The notes under the pieces are model-generated. The model was not told the DNA's origin and ran no database searches. It was given only the letters and a program-made list of their open reading frames with translations. Positions 61,984 through 64,000 of a stretch of 64,000 nt of DNA are shown in pieces. The stretch lies in assembly GCA_032718475.1 (NCBI GenBank), contig JAUCBJ010001864.1:62001-126000 (forward strand), written 5' to 3'. This DNA is from Nemertoderma westbladi (taxonomy: Eukaryota; Animalia; Xenacoelomorpha). How positions within the stretch are numbered: the stretch's first letter is position 1; each line of letters starts with the position of its first letter. The position numbers were made by a program, and so were the translations under genes.

Positions 61984-64000
61984 TCAAGGGCAATTCTTCC
62001 AGCAGGCACTCTCCCATTGCTCCCCTTGTAGGTCCTGTAGGATTTGCCACACTCTCATTGCCAATTCCAACTCTCTAGGAATTGATTCTCCCTCCTCCAC
62101 CACCCTAAAATCGGGTCTTCCAGCCGCCTTCTTGATTTCCTCATGGTCCCCTGGCAGCAAAATGCCACCCTTCATCTTGTCGTCACCTGGCGGTAGAATG
62201 TAAAGAAATCGGAAGAATAGATAGAACAGAATGGATAATACTAATCCTATCCCTTTCCACCCTGTCTTCTTATTTGACCTCCCCCTTTTCGCTATGTCTC
62301 TCAAACGGACCGGCGTCTCCTCCGGACACTTCTCCGGACATCTCGCCGTCCACTCTTCTCCATCCTCATACCCTACCGGTGTCGTCATACCGGTAGGATT
62401 CACATCCTTGTTCCATCCCATCGTCTCTAAGTCTTCCGCGTCAAATCCATTCTCCTCCGTACACTCTCTTGCTGTTACTTCCCCTCCTAACTGATCTACC
62501 GACGGTATTTCTCTGGAACTATCCTCTATCATTTCAACACACTCCACTATGCGTGGTTCCAGATCCATACCCAACTCTTGGTATCCTTCCCCGGGTCGCT
62601 TCTCACATGGGACCTCCCCATTGCCCGTCCCTGGTTTCTCCTTTACGTCCTCGACGGTGCCTGATAGCATGCACCCTGATGTCTCCGACACCCTGGATGG
62701 AATCTTGGTTTTAATTGGGCCGCTAAGCATCCATCCGAACGGCGTGAGAATCGCCGTCGGATCCCGCTGCTTATTCTCTCTGAATTTGGTCCTTACTCCC
62801 TCGTGGGCCGTCGGACAATCCATTCCGACTATGATGGATACCTTCGAGACGTCCACTTTTGGTATTGAGAAATCAATATCGTCCAGGAACCGGTATTGCT
62901 CGACCTCGATCTTAGTTGGTCACCTGGCGTTTATGTTAATCGATTCTATAATCTTAATGGGGTCGATGGTCGCCCCATAGTCACATCCCGGTGCTATTGC
63001 TGATATCTCGCACTGTCCCGTTCTCATCTCCAGGACCTCATCCTTACTCGAGATAGTAGTTACCGCCATCCTACTCGGCCTCGTCTGTAACCCTATCTCC
63101 TCGGCCACCCAATTCTCCACCAGTGTGAAGGCTGCTCCGCTGTCGACTAGCATCAGTGTTGTGACTGATCGGCCGCCCCTTCCTGTTATCCTCACTGGTA
63201 TTACCCCGAGTAGTACTTTCCTCTTTCTCCTTGCTCCCGTCGTGCTCGTAACCATGGTTTGGCCTCCAGTCTCATCGTCTCCTATTGGTGATTCCACTCT
63301 CCGGATCTGTGTCCTTCTACCACGCATCGATGACATAGTCCGTTTGCGTCCGCGTAGGCTACACGATCTTGTTTAGGCAACGCTTGCCAATGCTTACAAC
63401 TCATGGTCTTATGGGTCCCATCCCTATGCAATTGACATTCGTATCCTGGATTGTAGCGCTCCCTGTATAGCCCTTCACGTATTGCCCATAGATTCATGTC
63501 TACTGGTTTAGTGTTTTGGTTATTTGGACTCAGCCTACTGGGTGTGTTGGGGTTATATTTATTTGTGTTGTTATTTTGTTTCTGTCCCTGCCACGGTGTG
63601 GCCCTACTATCAACTAACTGTGGACTGTGCGACTGTCTCACTCTCGGGAATGGATCTGCCGGATTATGTTCCGGTTTAGGCCTGTTGTATTCGGTCTTCG
63701 GCACCTTCCCCAAACTATCCTCACTGTAGACTGGGTCTGTAATCAACTCTGCTTCGTAATTGAGGAAGTTCGACATTTCCTCTAGGCCCGGTTCCGCACC
63801 TTTCTTCTCCCGGGTGGAGAAGGCGATCTTCATCCATTTGTTGCGTAGCCAGATTGGCAGTGCCTGCGCTATCATGGTGATGTTATTAGATGCGTTGAGT
63901 TCGTATGGCGCATCTAGCATCTTCAGCACAATTGACGCCTTCTCAACCTTATTCGCAAAGGTCTTTATACTAACAGGGTTATCCTGTAGGCCACCCGATG
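61984..64000 (-). pseudogene. Decayed BEL/Pao gag-protease (no RT in window), continuing off the right edge
   Basis: LPIWLRNKW capsid end, CQLH..H..C and CHRCVVEGH knuckles, protease LVDSGA, VSIIVGMD and TPFGWMLSGP; frameshift near 63290 and in-frame TGA at 62920-22. Confidence 0.82.

Overview
Repeat-rich window from a eukaryotic, probably invertebrate metazoan, genome. Host genes: the last five coding exons of an ENOX (ecto-NOX disulfide-thiol exchanger) gene (+), whose introns are inflated by 67-bp and 46-bp satellites, and a complete two-exon PP6 catalytic subunit gene (PPP6C, +). Two 5'-truncated non-LTR retrotransposons sit inside 52-bp and 53-bp tandem arrays, and the 53-bp array also has an inverted arm. 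The most striking object is a young 16-kb BEL/Pao LTR element (41872-57936, 2.25-kb LTRs, ATTAT TSD). Its pol stops before the RNase H catalytic motifs and integrase and is followed by a large cargo ORF with a WRN/EXD-type DEDDy 3'-5' exonuclease and three CCHC knuckles. It has no tRNA PBS but has an exact 11-nt complement to its own LTR at the PBS position, and carries ten copies of one 20-nt hairpin written in all three reading frames. A tRNA-derived Pol III head fused to a minimal type I hammerhead ribozyme lies at 34322-34428. A second, decayed BEL/Pao derivative runs off the right edge. All calls were made by eye; no database searches were run.
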